Virus record (IMG/VR): IMGVR_UViG_3300022177_000071
Span: 1 to 41,396 of that record
Strand: one strand, 5' to 3'
DNA from: a virus
Lineage: Duplodnaviria > Caudoviricetes
Length of the DNA: 41,396 nt
Of this stretch, positions 1-7,753 are shown piece after piece (the stretch's first letter is position 1; every line of letters starts with the position of its first letter). The position numbers were made by a program, and so were the translations under genes. The notes under the pieces are model-generated. The model made no database searches. It had not been told where the DNA came from and saw nothing but the letters and a program-made list of their open reading frames with translations.

Positions 1-1200
1 CTACATCATGCTGTCAAATAACTTATTAATGCTTTCTGCAGCTTCTGTTTTAATGTCATCTGTGACATGGGTGTAGATGTTCATTGTAGTCGCTATGTCT
101 TTATGACCAAGTAGTTTCTGGACGGTTTTAACGGGGATATTAGCCTCAAACAACCTTGTAGTATAGCTGTGCCTTATTGAATGGTATTTCATGTCTCTCA
201 TGCCCATTTTAGAGAGTACTGACTTGAAATTGCGAGGGAGCTTTTTAGGATCTATAGGTTGACCATTTTTCTCACAGAACAAGTAGTCATTGTCTATAAA
301 CGTATCATTGTCCTTTTTGAACTTGTCTTGATCTTTCAAGTGGACCTTAAGATCCTTCATGATGTTAGAGGGGACAGGAACAGTCCTATAGCTGCTTTCA
401 GTTTTTGGCGATTGCTCGAGTAGAGTGGTGGTACGCTTACGATCCTTGTCAATTAGAGCCACTATCTTTAGTGCCTTGTTTACTGACAAGGTGCCATTGA
501 TGAAGTCAATATCAGTCCACTTAAGAGCTATCAGTTCACCAAGTCTTAGACCAGTACCAAGGTTGAGCTTGAATGCTAACTCAAACTTATGACCTTTGAT
601 TGCTTTTAGGAAAGCTTCTTGTTCCTCCCTGGTAAAGAAGTCAATGTCTTCTTCCTCTTTGTCCCTTTTTTCTTGTTTAGGCAACTTCGCTGCAGAGCAG
701 TAGTTCTTAACTACATATTCATGTTCTACAGCACCGTTCATACAGCAAGTAAGGAATTTCTTGACCGTAGCAAGGGTAGATGGGCTCGTACCATTTGCGC
801 TTAGGTCGTTAAAGTACCTTTGGAAGTCTACAGCTCTTAGTTCAGAAAGTTTTGTTTTTCCTAGCTTAGTACCTTCAACGTAGTTTCGAAGGATTCCCTC
901 ATACCTTTCAAAACTAGATGGTTTCAAGTCATTGACACGGAACTCAAAGAGCCATAACTCAAACCAATCCTGCAGTGTGATTTTGTCATCAACTGTAATT
1001 AAGCCTACGTTACTTTTGTACTCTAGCTCCTGTTTCTTCCTTAGTACCTCATCCTTGTTATAACCTGCTACTGATTTTCTTACTAATCTACCCGTTTTGT
1101 CACGTCCGATTGTAACCATAGCACGGTAATAGGGCTTGTTATTTCTTTGCTCAGTGTAGAGTGTGCCTTCTCCATTAAGCTTGGATCTTTTCTTTGCCAT
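1..1200 (-). CDS. int: Tyrosine recombinase, phage integrase
   Basis: 399 aa; TGLRLGELIAL, HSIRHSY and LLGHKDIATTMNIYTH motifs; N-terminal arm-binding region (NGEGTLY). Confidence 0.97.
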   Translation of the reverse strand: MAKKRSKLNGEGTLYTEQRNNKPYYRAMVTIGRDKTGRLVRKSVAGYNKDEVLRKKQELEYKSNVGLITVDDKITLQDWFELWLFEFRVNDLKPSSFERYEGILRNYVEGTKLGKTKLSELRAVDFQRYFNDLSANGTSPSTLATVKKFLTCCMNGAVEHEYVVKNYCSAAKLPKQEKRDKEEEDIDFFTREEQEAFLKAIKGHKFELAFKLNLGTGLRLGELIALKWTDIDFINGTLSVNKALKIVALIDKDRKRTTTLLEQSPKTESSYRTVPVPSNIMKDLKVHLKDQDKFKKDNDTFIDNDYLFCEKNGQPIDPKKLPRNFKSVLSKMGMRDMKYHSIRHSYTTRLFEANIPVKTVQKLLGHKDIATTMNIYTHVTDDIKTEAAESINKLFDSMM

Positions 1201-1274
1201 GGATTACCTCCTTCGTATTAATTATTTTAATCCTATTTTTGTCCGATTACTACAACAATATTATAACAGTAATA

Positions 1275-1288
1275 CAAACACATGTTCG
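1275..1288 (-). promoter_or_regulatory. Putative LexA (SOS) box upstream of int
   Basis: Minus strand CGAACATGTGTTTG, one mismatch to the Firmicutes CGAAC-N4-GTTCG consensus; TGtTATAAT extended -10 just downstream toward int. Confidence 0.65.
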
Positions 1289-1324
1289 ATTATGATGTAA
1301 AAAAATATAATCGTACTACTTTTA

Positions 1325-1774
1325 TTAATAAATTGGTGCAAACTCAATACTTGTTTCTGCAACAAATAACTCCTTAGCAATCTCCTCTACTGAATACCCT
1401 TCGAAGGTGGAGGAGCTGATCCGGATGTCTAAAAGCTTCGTAGCAAAATAATTTGCTTGTCTTTCAAGCTTACCTTTATTAAGCAGTTTGCTCGAGTAGG
1501 TTGCAATGTCTATATCGGGATGGAGTATAGCATGGCCAAGTTCATGAGCTAGAACGTACTTCTCATAAAGATAAGGGAGGTCGTTACTAATAAATATTAT
1601 TTCCTGGCCAAGATAACTCCTGATATAAATAGCTTCAGTGTTTCTAAGAAGGAAGCTATTTGGGTCTATATGGCAAATTTCTATATCAAGGGACCTGCAA
1701 ATTTCTGCAGGATCCCTTGAGTTGCAGTATTCTTCAATACCTTCTACGTAGTTATTTATCCAATTAAAATTCAT
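1325..1774 (-). CDS. ImmA/IrrE family metallopeptidase (anti-repressor protease)
   Basis: VLAHELGHAILH zinc motif plus ERQANYFA; adjacent to integrase. Confidence 0.9.
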   Translation of the reverse strand: MNFNWINNYVEGIEEYCNSRDPAEICRSLDIEICHIDPNSFLLRNTEAIYIRSYLGQEIIFISNDLPYLYEKYVLAHELGHAILHPDIDIATYSSKLLNKGKLERQANYFATKLLDIRISSSTFEGYSVEEIAKELFVAETSIEFAPIY

Positions 1775-1832
1775 GTGCTAACCTCGCTAAGTTAGTGTTT
1801 TAAAATACTTATTATGTGGTATACTTCTTAAT

Positions 1833-2288
1833 ATGGAGGGGATAGCTATGATGTACTCACAATCCATTCAAAACAAGGTTGAGAGTTTGAAGTTGTTAGG
1901 AGTTAGATTTGCATACATTGTCGCTCCAGTCATAGGATTTATTGTTACAAAATCCCTGAATAAAAGGAATCTTTTCGATGAAATATTTATATCAAATGTA
2001 ATCAATCTATCAGGTATATTAGCTGGATTTCTTTTTACCTCCATGGGGATCATGATCTCTCTACCTGATAATAAATTTACGGCTCAATTATCAAAGAGTG
2101 GTTATCTAAAGATTGTTTATAGAACAATGACTGTAGGCATATTGTCATTTTTAATAGCTATGATTATAGGCATGTTCAGGGTAGACCCCAATTACACAAG
2201 CTTCTTTTTCATAATTGGCGTATCTGAAACTTTTTTGAGCTCATACTATTTGTTCAGGATAAGTCACTTTTCAAGTATTTCTAAATAA
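1833..2288 (+). CDS. Multi-pass membrane protein (about 4 TM), accessory gene
   Basis: Four hydrophobic segments; own TGgTATACT extended -10 near 1817-1825; start may be ATG 1848/1851 after GGAGG. Confidence 0.75.
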   Translation: MEGIAMMYSQSIQNKVESLKLLGVRFAYIVAPVIGFIVTKSLNKRNLFDEIFISNVINLSGILAGFLFTSMGIMISLPDNKFTAQLSKSGYLKIVYRTMTVGILSFLIAMIIGMFRVDPNYTSFFFIIGVSETFLSSYYLFRISHFSSISK

Positions 2289-3162
2289 TATCTAAAGAGC
2301 CCTTAAGGGCTTTTTTTATTTCTCCAATAGCTTCCATGTTTATTAGTTGAGTATCATCTATAGGTATGTTCACACTTTTAACAAGTATCTTTTGTATTAG
2401 CTCCATAGTAATACTTTCTTCCTGGTTATCAAATCCGGATAATTCAAACTTCTCTATTCCAATGACTTTATCTTTTATTTTTCTAAATATCCCTTTAGTA
2501 TCTTCAGTTATAGGCATAGTCTGCAAATCTATACTAACCTTTGCTCTTCTTAAGGATGATTGGGATAATAAGAATGCCTTATCAAGCTCCAATAGTTCCT
2601 GCCCTAGGCTAGAAGTATCATCAAAGATTATGTTTAAGTTAGTGATGTTTTGTACTCTGTTAATTTTACGCTCTATTTTGTCATCAATTACTAGATAAAC
2701 GTTTATTTCCTCTATCATTTCATTCTTTATGTGTTCTCTCAAAAATGCTTGAAAGTGTCCTCTAAACTTTGGAGCCTTAGAATTACTTATTACTGAACAA
2801 TATAAATCATTTTTGCAAAAATAAAAATAAGTATAGTTTTCCAAAGTAAATCCGATGGATTCTAACGTAGAATCAAGGATGTCATCGATATGTTTCCCTT
2901 TTATTCTCTTCAAAGGTCCATTTTTTAAGTCCTCAACTTTTGAGATTATACCAAATAAATAGTCATCATTGGATTCAACTATTTCAATATTAACTCTTGA
3001 TTCATTGCTTTCGTTGTAAGAAACTTCATAAGGGTCTACTGGAAACTTTGTTTGATTTATAATCTCAACAAACATTTTTTTAAGCTGTTCCTCAGATTTA
3101 CCTATTCTTTTTACTGGGAGGAAAGAAAAATCTATAGAATAAAACTCAACCTTTCTCTGCAT
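2281..3162 (-). CDS. Hypothetical soluble protein (293 aa), accessory
   Basis: Long AT-rich ORF with GGGAGGG RBS, co-oriented with the HsdR-N gene; family not recognised. Confidence 0.8.
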   Translation of the reverse strand: MQRKVEFYSIDFSFLPVKRIGKSEEQLKKMFVEIINQTKFPVDPYEVSYNESNESRVNIEIVESNDDYLFGIISKVEDLKNGPLKRIKGKHIDDILDSTLESIGFTLENYTYFYFCKNDLYCSVISNSKAPKFRGHFQAFLREHIKNEMIEEINVYLVIDDKIERKINRVQNITNLNIIFDDTSSLGQELLELDKAFLLSQSSLRRAKVSIDLQTMPITEDTKGIFRKIKDKVIGIEKFELSGFDNQEESITMELIQKILVKSVNIPIDDTQLINMEAIGEIKKALKGSLDII

Positions 3163-3178
3163 GCCGACCCTCCCATCT

Positions 3179-4255
3179 TTACTTAACCTGATTAGCTCTA
3201 TTGATCAGCAAGCTTGACAACTTATAAATATCATTTAAGCTTTCCAGACTATACTTAACATATTCCTTTATCTCATTCGGTATTATAATTGACTTGTTAT
3301 TATCTTTTATATTCAAACGACAGATCCAACGAGTTACCTTACCATCTACAATTACTCCGAAGTAGTTCACAGTATCTTTATAGGATAGCCTTGAAAGGTC
3401 AATAGTTTCCCTCAGGATCGATTTTATTATGTAGTAGGATTCAATCTCTTCATCAGTTGTATGAACCTTATTCAGAGCTTCAGTATCATCATCAGCAATT
3501 TCCTCATCGGGAACTACTTCCGGAATGGTATCTTCCTTTTCGTCACTCTTTAGAGCAGTCTGGATTTTCTCATTTACCAGGTCATTTATATATGCTGTAA
3601 GAGACCTTTTAAGTATGGGCTTATATCTATCGACTATATTCTGAGTTTTAACTCCATCATAAACACCACGGCCAATTATATATCTGGTAAAGTCATCAGT
3701 AGGGTTAGTAAACTCTTCTTTGAGGATCCCACGCATTATTCCCATATATTTTAGCTCAGCAGCTGAATCAATTATATGGTTTAGATCAAAATTGTCTTTA
3801 TGGAATTTTTTAAGCTCTGGAATTTGAGCATCTTTAAGATCTATCATATTGATTTCTAAGAAGGGTTTTTCATCCATCTTATTAGGTGCATCTAGATCAG
3901 TATAAAACCTATAGATAAGACCATTAGTAAGGATAGCAAATTTAGCTTTAGTTGTACCAAAGTATCTGAATAATTGCGAGTCATGTTTTGCAAGCTCTTC
4001 CTTGATAGATTTGCATTCTATAAGAATAACTGGCTCTTGATTCTTTAGGATAGCATAGTCTATTTTTTCACCTTTTTTAATCCCGACGTCAGCAGTATAC
4101 TCCGGAGTGAACTCAGCTGGATTGAATATGTCGTAACCAAGAATTTGAAACAAAGGCATGATGATAGAAGTTTTGGTGGCTTCCTCTGTTTGGATACCAC
4201 CCATTATTGATTCTGTCCTCTTAGCAAAGCTCCTGATTTGTTCTTCAAAATTCAT
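3179..4255 (-). CDS. Stand-alone type I restriction enzyme HsdR N-terminal domain protein (PD-(D/E)xK nuclease)
   Basis: EEATKTSIIMPLFQILGYD...PEY...GEKIDYAI...LIECK...QLFRYF...ILTNG motifs; no helicase, HsdM or HsdS. Confidence 0.85.
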   Translation of the reverse strand: MNFEEQIRSFAKRTESIMGGIQTEEATKTSIIMPLFQILGYDIFNPAEFTPEYTADVGIKKGEKIDYAILKNQEPVILIECKSIKEELAKHDSQLFRYFGTTKAKFAILTNGLIYRFYTDLDAPNKMDEKPFLEINMIDLKDAQIPELKKFHKDNFDLNHIIDSAAELKYMGIMRGILKEEFTNPTDDFTRYIIGRGVYDGVKTQNIVDRYKPILKRSLTAYINDLVNEKIQTALKSDEKEDTIPEVVPDEEIADDDTEALNKVHTTDEEIESYYIIKSILRETIDLSRLSYKDTVNYFGVIVDGKVTRWICRLNIKDNNKSIIIPNEIKEYVKYSLESLNDIYKLSSLLINRANQVK

Positions 4256-4462
4256 CTTGATTCCTCCTTAGTATATTTAGTTATTTTTACTACAGCTTAA
4301 CGGACTACCAAAACTGTCAATCTGTTGATGCTGACCAAAAACAGCTTCACGGCTGCTTGAATCTCTGAATCTGTTTAGAGTAGCAGTAAACAGCCTCATA
4401 GTTGTCGCAATCTCTTTAATATAACTGAGATGTCGGCTTAATTGGGTCCTCTGATATAAACC

Positions 4463-4500
4463 CAAAAAAGAAAGAGACTCTGTTCAACACAGAGTCTCTT
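4463..4500 (-). terminator. Intrinsic terminator
   Basis: 12-bp stem AAGAGACTCTGT/ACAGAGTCTCTT (4472-4483/4489-4500) followed on the minus strand by TCTTTTTT. Confidence 0.85.
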
Positions 4501-4558
4501 GGTAGTGTCACCCGTCGGTGACTTGTCATTATTGTAGTGGTGAATTACTCACCTTGTA
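4463..4558 (-). ncRNA. Putative small RNA of repeated hairpins downstream of the pemK-like gene (candidate RNA antitoxin, possibly the pemK RNA motif)
   Basis: Own promoter (4564-4592); two ACAA-6bp hairpin-ACUAC units (4534-4557, 4502-4526); intrinsic terminator. Confidence 0.7.
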
Positions 4559-4563
4559 CAATA

Positions 4564-4592
4564 ATAATACCCTGTGTTGAGTAAGAAGTCAA
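4564..4592 (-). promoter_or_regulatory. Sigma-A promoter for the small RNA
   Basis: TTGACT (4587-4592), 17 bp, TATTAT (4564-4569), directly after the pemK-like stop codon. Confidence 0.75.
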
Positions 4593-4595
4593 CAT

Positions 4596-5351
4596 CTATA
4601 GAAAATATTTTCTAGCCTGCGCACTTATTGTATCCATAGTCGAAGTAGACAAACTGACTCCATACAATGGCGATTTTGTTTTAGTAGGTTCCAGGATCCT
4701 CATTTTGCTAATTGTAGTTATTTGATTCAAAAGAGCGCAACTACCTGGTTTTAAGCTTTCTGATTTATCGATGCAGTCCTTGCAGTACTGTAGTTCAGCA
4801 TTAAGCTCGCGAGCTTCCTTTCTTATATTCTCCTTCTCAGTATCTTCAGCTGAAATAAATCTCTCCTGAAGTTCCTTAACACGATCCGTTATCGAGGCCA
4901 TCATAGTTTTTATTTTCAGATTGAGTGCATTATACATTTCGTTTCCTAAGTACAATTCATATTTATGTAAATCCAAGGGATCCACCCCGTCTTTTACTGA
5001 TGATAGGGGCATTACTGTGAGAACCGGTGAGGATTTGTCGTCATCTTTATTCAATACAACACAATAATGAGCACCACCGTGTTCGCTACCAACATTGAAT
5101 CCCAAGCTTACGTATACTATGGTGCCATAATTATAAACTGGAAGATATCTAGGACTAAATCCTTTTTCTCTATTTAGCATATTTCTATAGTCTTTGAGCC
5201 AATAAGTAAGATTAACGCAGCGCTTATAATTAGATTCATATGAAGGACTAGATTCGTCTAGTAATTGGTCCAGAAACTCATCTAGTTTTTTAATAACATC
5301 TTCTTTGAATTTTAAGAAATCTTCCCGATTGTCCTTTAGCTTATAATTCAT
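4596..5351 (-). CDS. PemK/MazF-fold endoribonuclease toxin-like protein
   Basis: YGTIVYVSLGFNVGSEHGGAHYCVVL, LTVMPLSS and NQITTISKMRI motifs; N-terminal extension and coiled-coil insertion. Confidence 0.85.
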   Translation of the reverse strand: MNYKLKDNREDFLKFKEDVIKKLDEFLDQLLDESSPSYESNYKRCVNLTYWLKDYRNMLNREKGFSPRYLPVYNYGTIVYVSLGFNVGSEHGGAHYCVVLNKDDDKSSPVLTVMPLSSVKDGVDPLDLHKYELYLGNEMYNALNLKIKTMMASITDRVKELQERFISAEDTEKENIRKEARELNAELQYCKDCIDKSESLKPGSCALLNQITTISKMRILEPTKTKSPLYGVSLSTSTMDTISAQARKYFL

Positions 5352-5367
5352 TTCGACCCTCCATTTT

Positions 5368-5817
5368 TCATTTCTTATACTTATAACTTAGCAACTTCAG
5401 CTGGCCTAGAAGCTCATTGGCAAATTGGATCTTATCCTCATCAGATAACTTATCTATATCGAAGCCACCAAAACCCATTATGACTTCCTGGGATAGGAGG
5501 AAGGATATTGCTTCCTCTGGGGTGGTGAACTCATGAATATTTTCAAAACGGGTATTACTCTTATCTTTCTTAATAGCAATATCATCATACCCAGCTAGAT
5601 TTAAGAGAATGTTTGTATTTATGTTATAGGCTTTGCTAATCATCTGAAGGGTCTCAATTGTCGGAACAATAGGCGAGCTCGAGCGAGGATCTTTTGCTTT
5701 TTCGAGAATTGACAAGTATGTATGACTAACACCAACCAAATTTGCAGCATCCCTTAATGAGAGTCCCATTTCAGAACGCTTTTCTTTTAATATAATCCCT
5801 AATTTCTGAAGATTCAT
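5368..5817 (-). CDS. CI/ImmR-like XRE-family prophage repressor
   Basis: N-terminal HTH (LSLRDAANLVGVSHTYLSILEK); divergent from cro-like gene; no S24 autoprotease domain, consistent with ImmA cleavage. Confidence 0.88.
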   Translation of the reverse strand: MNLQKLGIILKEKRSEMGLSLRDAANLVGVSHTYLSILEKAKDPRSSSPIVPTIETLQMISKAYNINTNILLNLAGYDDIAIKKDKSNTRFENIHEFTTPEEAISFLLSQEVIMGFGGFDIDKLSDEDKIQFANELLGQLKLLSYKYKK

Positions 5818-5898
5818 ATAAAAACCTCCCTTTAATTACATTGTAATACATATTTTACATATTGCTAGAAATAATACAATTATTTATGGTAAACATAC

Positions 5899-5927
5899 TT
5901 GACACAATGTAAAGCTGGTGCTACAAT
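5899..5927 (+). promoter_or_regulatory. Early lytic promoter
   Basis: TTGACA, 17 bp, TACAAT with TGn extension; overlapped by operator 5908-5925. Confidence 0.85.
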
Positions 5928-5951
5928 GAAAATGTAAAGGGGGTGTTACAA

Positions 5952-6143
5952 GTGTCAAACATAGTCAGAGAGTTAAGAGCTAGGAATAAAATGAGTCAGG
6001 AAGAACTTGCACAAAAAGCAAATACCACTAGACAGACTATAAGCAGGATTGAAAAAGGCGAAAACCCAAGCTTCGAAGTAGCTCTCGGTATATCAAAAGT
6101 GTTTAAAGTGTCGGTAAATGATATTTTTTTGCCCAAAACGTAA
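5952..6143 (+). CDS. Cro-like XRE HTH regulator
   Basis: MSQEELAQKANTTRQTISRIEKG HTH; GTG start after AAAGGGGG. Confidence 0.88.
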   Translation: MSNIVRELRARNKMSQEELAQKANTTRQTISRIEKGENPSFEVALGISKVFKVSVNDIFLPKT

Positions 6144-6222
6144 AACATGTATTACAAAACAAGAATGAGTACATTAAAAATACCCTAACTCAGGGATAAA
6201 ACACATGAAGGGAGTGAGAAGA

Positions 6223-6381
6223 ATGAGAATACAAGGTAAAGGCCTAGATCTAATAGAAGAGTACGCAGAGCAGAAAAGGGACGCATACACAATGCTCCTA
6301 TGCCAGTGCTTAAGAGAAATAAGAGAAATAAAAGAACTACTTGTAAAGCAGAATAATGACTCCGGTAATAGCAGCGATTAA
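6223..6381 (+). CDS. Small hypothetical protein (52 aa, below ORF-track cutoff)
   Basis: AAGGGAGTGA RBS, ATG 6223, open to TAA 6381. Confidence 0.55.
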   Translation: MRIQGKGLDLIEEYAEQKRDAYTMLLCQCLREIREIKELLVKQNNDSGNSSD

Positions 6382-6534
6382 AGAAGCTATAACCCCTGCG
6401 GTAGTCAATAGAAGAATGATCAGATTATACTTTTTCTGCTTAATTCTTTGTTCTTCCAGGTATCTGATGATCTTTGTTGAATCATCCAGAGCTGAATATC
6501 GTAGTGCTTCTATTTGGTCTTTGGTTAGTCTCAT
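6337..6534 (-). CDS. Small protein with C-terminal TM helix (antisense accessory gene)
   Basis: AAGGAG RBS; hydrophobic C-terminus. Confidence 0.6.
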   Translation of the reverse strand: MRLTKDQIEALRYSALDDSTKIIRYLEEQRIKQKKYNLIILLLTTAGVIASLIAAITGVIILLYK

Positions 6535-6602
6535 GTCAGTTTCTCCTTTGTTTTGTATTTACTGAATTACCAAATTATTTAACACCAGGGAGGTAAGAGT
6601 TA

Positions 6603-6830
6603 GTGGAGAGAACAATATTAACTCAAGAACAAGTAAATCAACTTGTTAGTCTATTAATAGGTCTGAACCCTTCAGAATGGGATGCGCTAAAGGTAGCCGT
6701 TGATAAAGAATTTGACTCAGCATACAGTAAATTGACATTACAGGACACCGAGTCACTTAAATATCGAATAAATTATGAAATACAAATATCGCCTGAAGAG
6801 TTTATGAGATGGTTTATAGCTAATCCTTGA
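6603..6830 (+). CDS. Hypothetical phage protein
   Basis: GGGAGGT RBS, GTG start. Confidence 0.65.
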   Translation: MERTILTQEQVNQLVSLLIGLNPSEWDALKVAVDKEFDSAYSKLTLQDTESLKYRINYEIQISPEEFMRWFIANP

Positions 6831-7200
6831 TAAATTGCTCCATGAAATCATATGGGCTGGGGAATTGCCTTTTTATAGTATTAAGCAATTCTGTCAACAG
6901 AGCGATATAAATGGCTTCGTGGATTGTTAGGATATTCTTCTTGGTGTTTGGTACAACGTGCATAACTATAGCGTTAGGGAAATCACCACGATAAACTACT
7001 ATACTCACATTCTGATCTGGCATACGGATAGCAAATGCATTATCAGTGTCAAAATCAGGGCCTTCAGGACCTTTAAGATCAAGTTCTATAACTAGATCAT
7101 CATTAATTTCTTCATCCAAGTACTCCCACTGCAGTTTTCCTGAAGAAGTTTTCTTGATCAAGGATTTTAAGAAGTTTATTGTTAACAGTTCATCATTCAT
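6820..7200 (-). CDS. Hypothetical protein (antisense accessory gene)
   Basis: AAGGAGG RBS; start overlaps the stop of the upstream minus-strand gene (ATGA). Confidence 0.75.
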   Translation of the reverse strand: MNDELLTINFLKSLIKKTSSGKLQWEYLDEEINDDLVIELDLKGPEGPDFDTDNAFAIRMPDQNVSIVVYRGDFPNAIVMHVVPNTKKNILTIHEAIYIALLTELLNTIKRQFPSPYDFMEQFIKD

Positions 7201-7628
7201 CTAGGTTTTTCCTCCTTTGATAGTCGCCCAATTAAGTAGGCTAGGTGTAGGTTGATTTTATGGCCATTCAAATGTTGATAATCAGACTTCAAGTATCTAA
7301 GAATTATAAAGTTGATTTTAAGCAGCTCTATATAAGTAAAGACAGTCTTGTATTCTGCTAGAAAGGAGTATACGTCAACTACAATGTCACTAACCAGTTC
7401 TCGGCTATGACCAATATTATCAATTGTTGATTTATGGCCCTTAAACTTTTCAATATACACATTTTTTCCCTTATTATAGTTTTCTGCAGTGGACATAAAT
7501 TCAAGTTTTTTATCAATATTTTCAGTCCTAATAAAAACAAACAAAGTCAAAATGAACCCCAAGATGGAAGTGATGGATGCAGCAAGGATAAATAGTGAAT
7601 TGTTGGCTAATACCTCTATTGTATTGAT
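7197..7628 (-). CDS. N-terminally membrane-anchored hypothetical protein (start uncertain)
   Basis: Frame stays open upstream of TTG 7562 through a TM helix to ATC 7628, 6 nt after GGTGA. Confidence 0.6.
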   Translation of the reverse strand: MNTIEVLANNSLFILAASITSILGFILTLFVFIRTENIDKKLEFMSTAENYNKGKNVYIEKFKGHKSTIDNIGHSRELVSDIVVDVYSFLAEYKTVFTYIELLKINFIILRYLKSDYQHLNGHKINLHLAYLIGRLSKEEKPR

Positions 7629-7753
7629 ATATAATCACCGTCCTTAAAGGTATCAAGTTGAATTTCAGCAACCAATAAGCTTCCAATTCAATTGTATCAT
7701 AAGAAATAATTCGAAAACAACAGAAAAGAACTAATTCAGGTGGGGGAGAGTAA

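Larger units (their letters stand above)
5842..6156. promoter_or_regulatory. Four 18-bp operators TGTAA-N8-TTACA
   Basis: 5842-5859 TGTAATACATATTTTACA; 5908-5925 TGTAAAGCTGGTGCTACA; 5933-5950 TGTAAAGGGGGTGTTACA; 6139-6156 CGTAAAACATGTATTACA. Confidence 0.75.

Noticed and set aside
4277-4465. 62-aa ORF as protein antitoxin
   Set aside because: Starts inside the terminator T tract, has no RBS and no antitoxin-like features
4502-4557. Mini CRISPR array
   Set aside because: Only two units with 4-5 nt constant flanks and self-complementary interiors; no spacer-sized sequences and no cas genes
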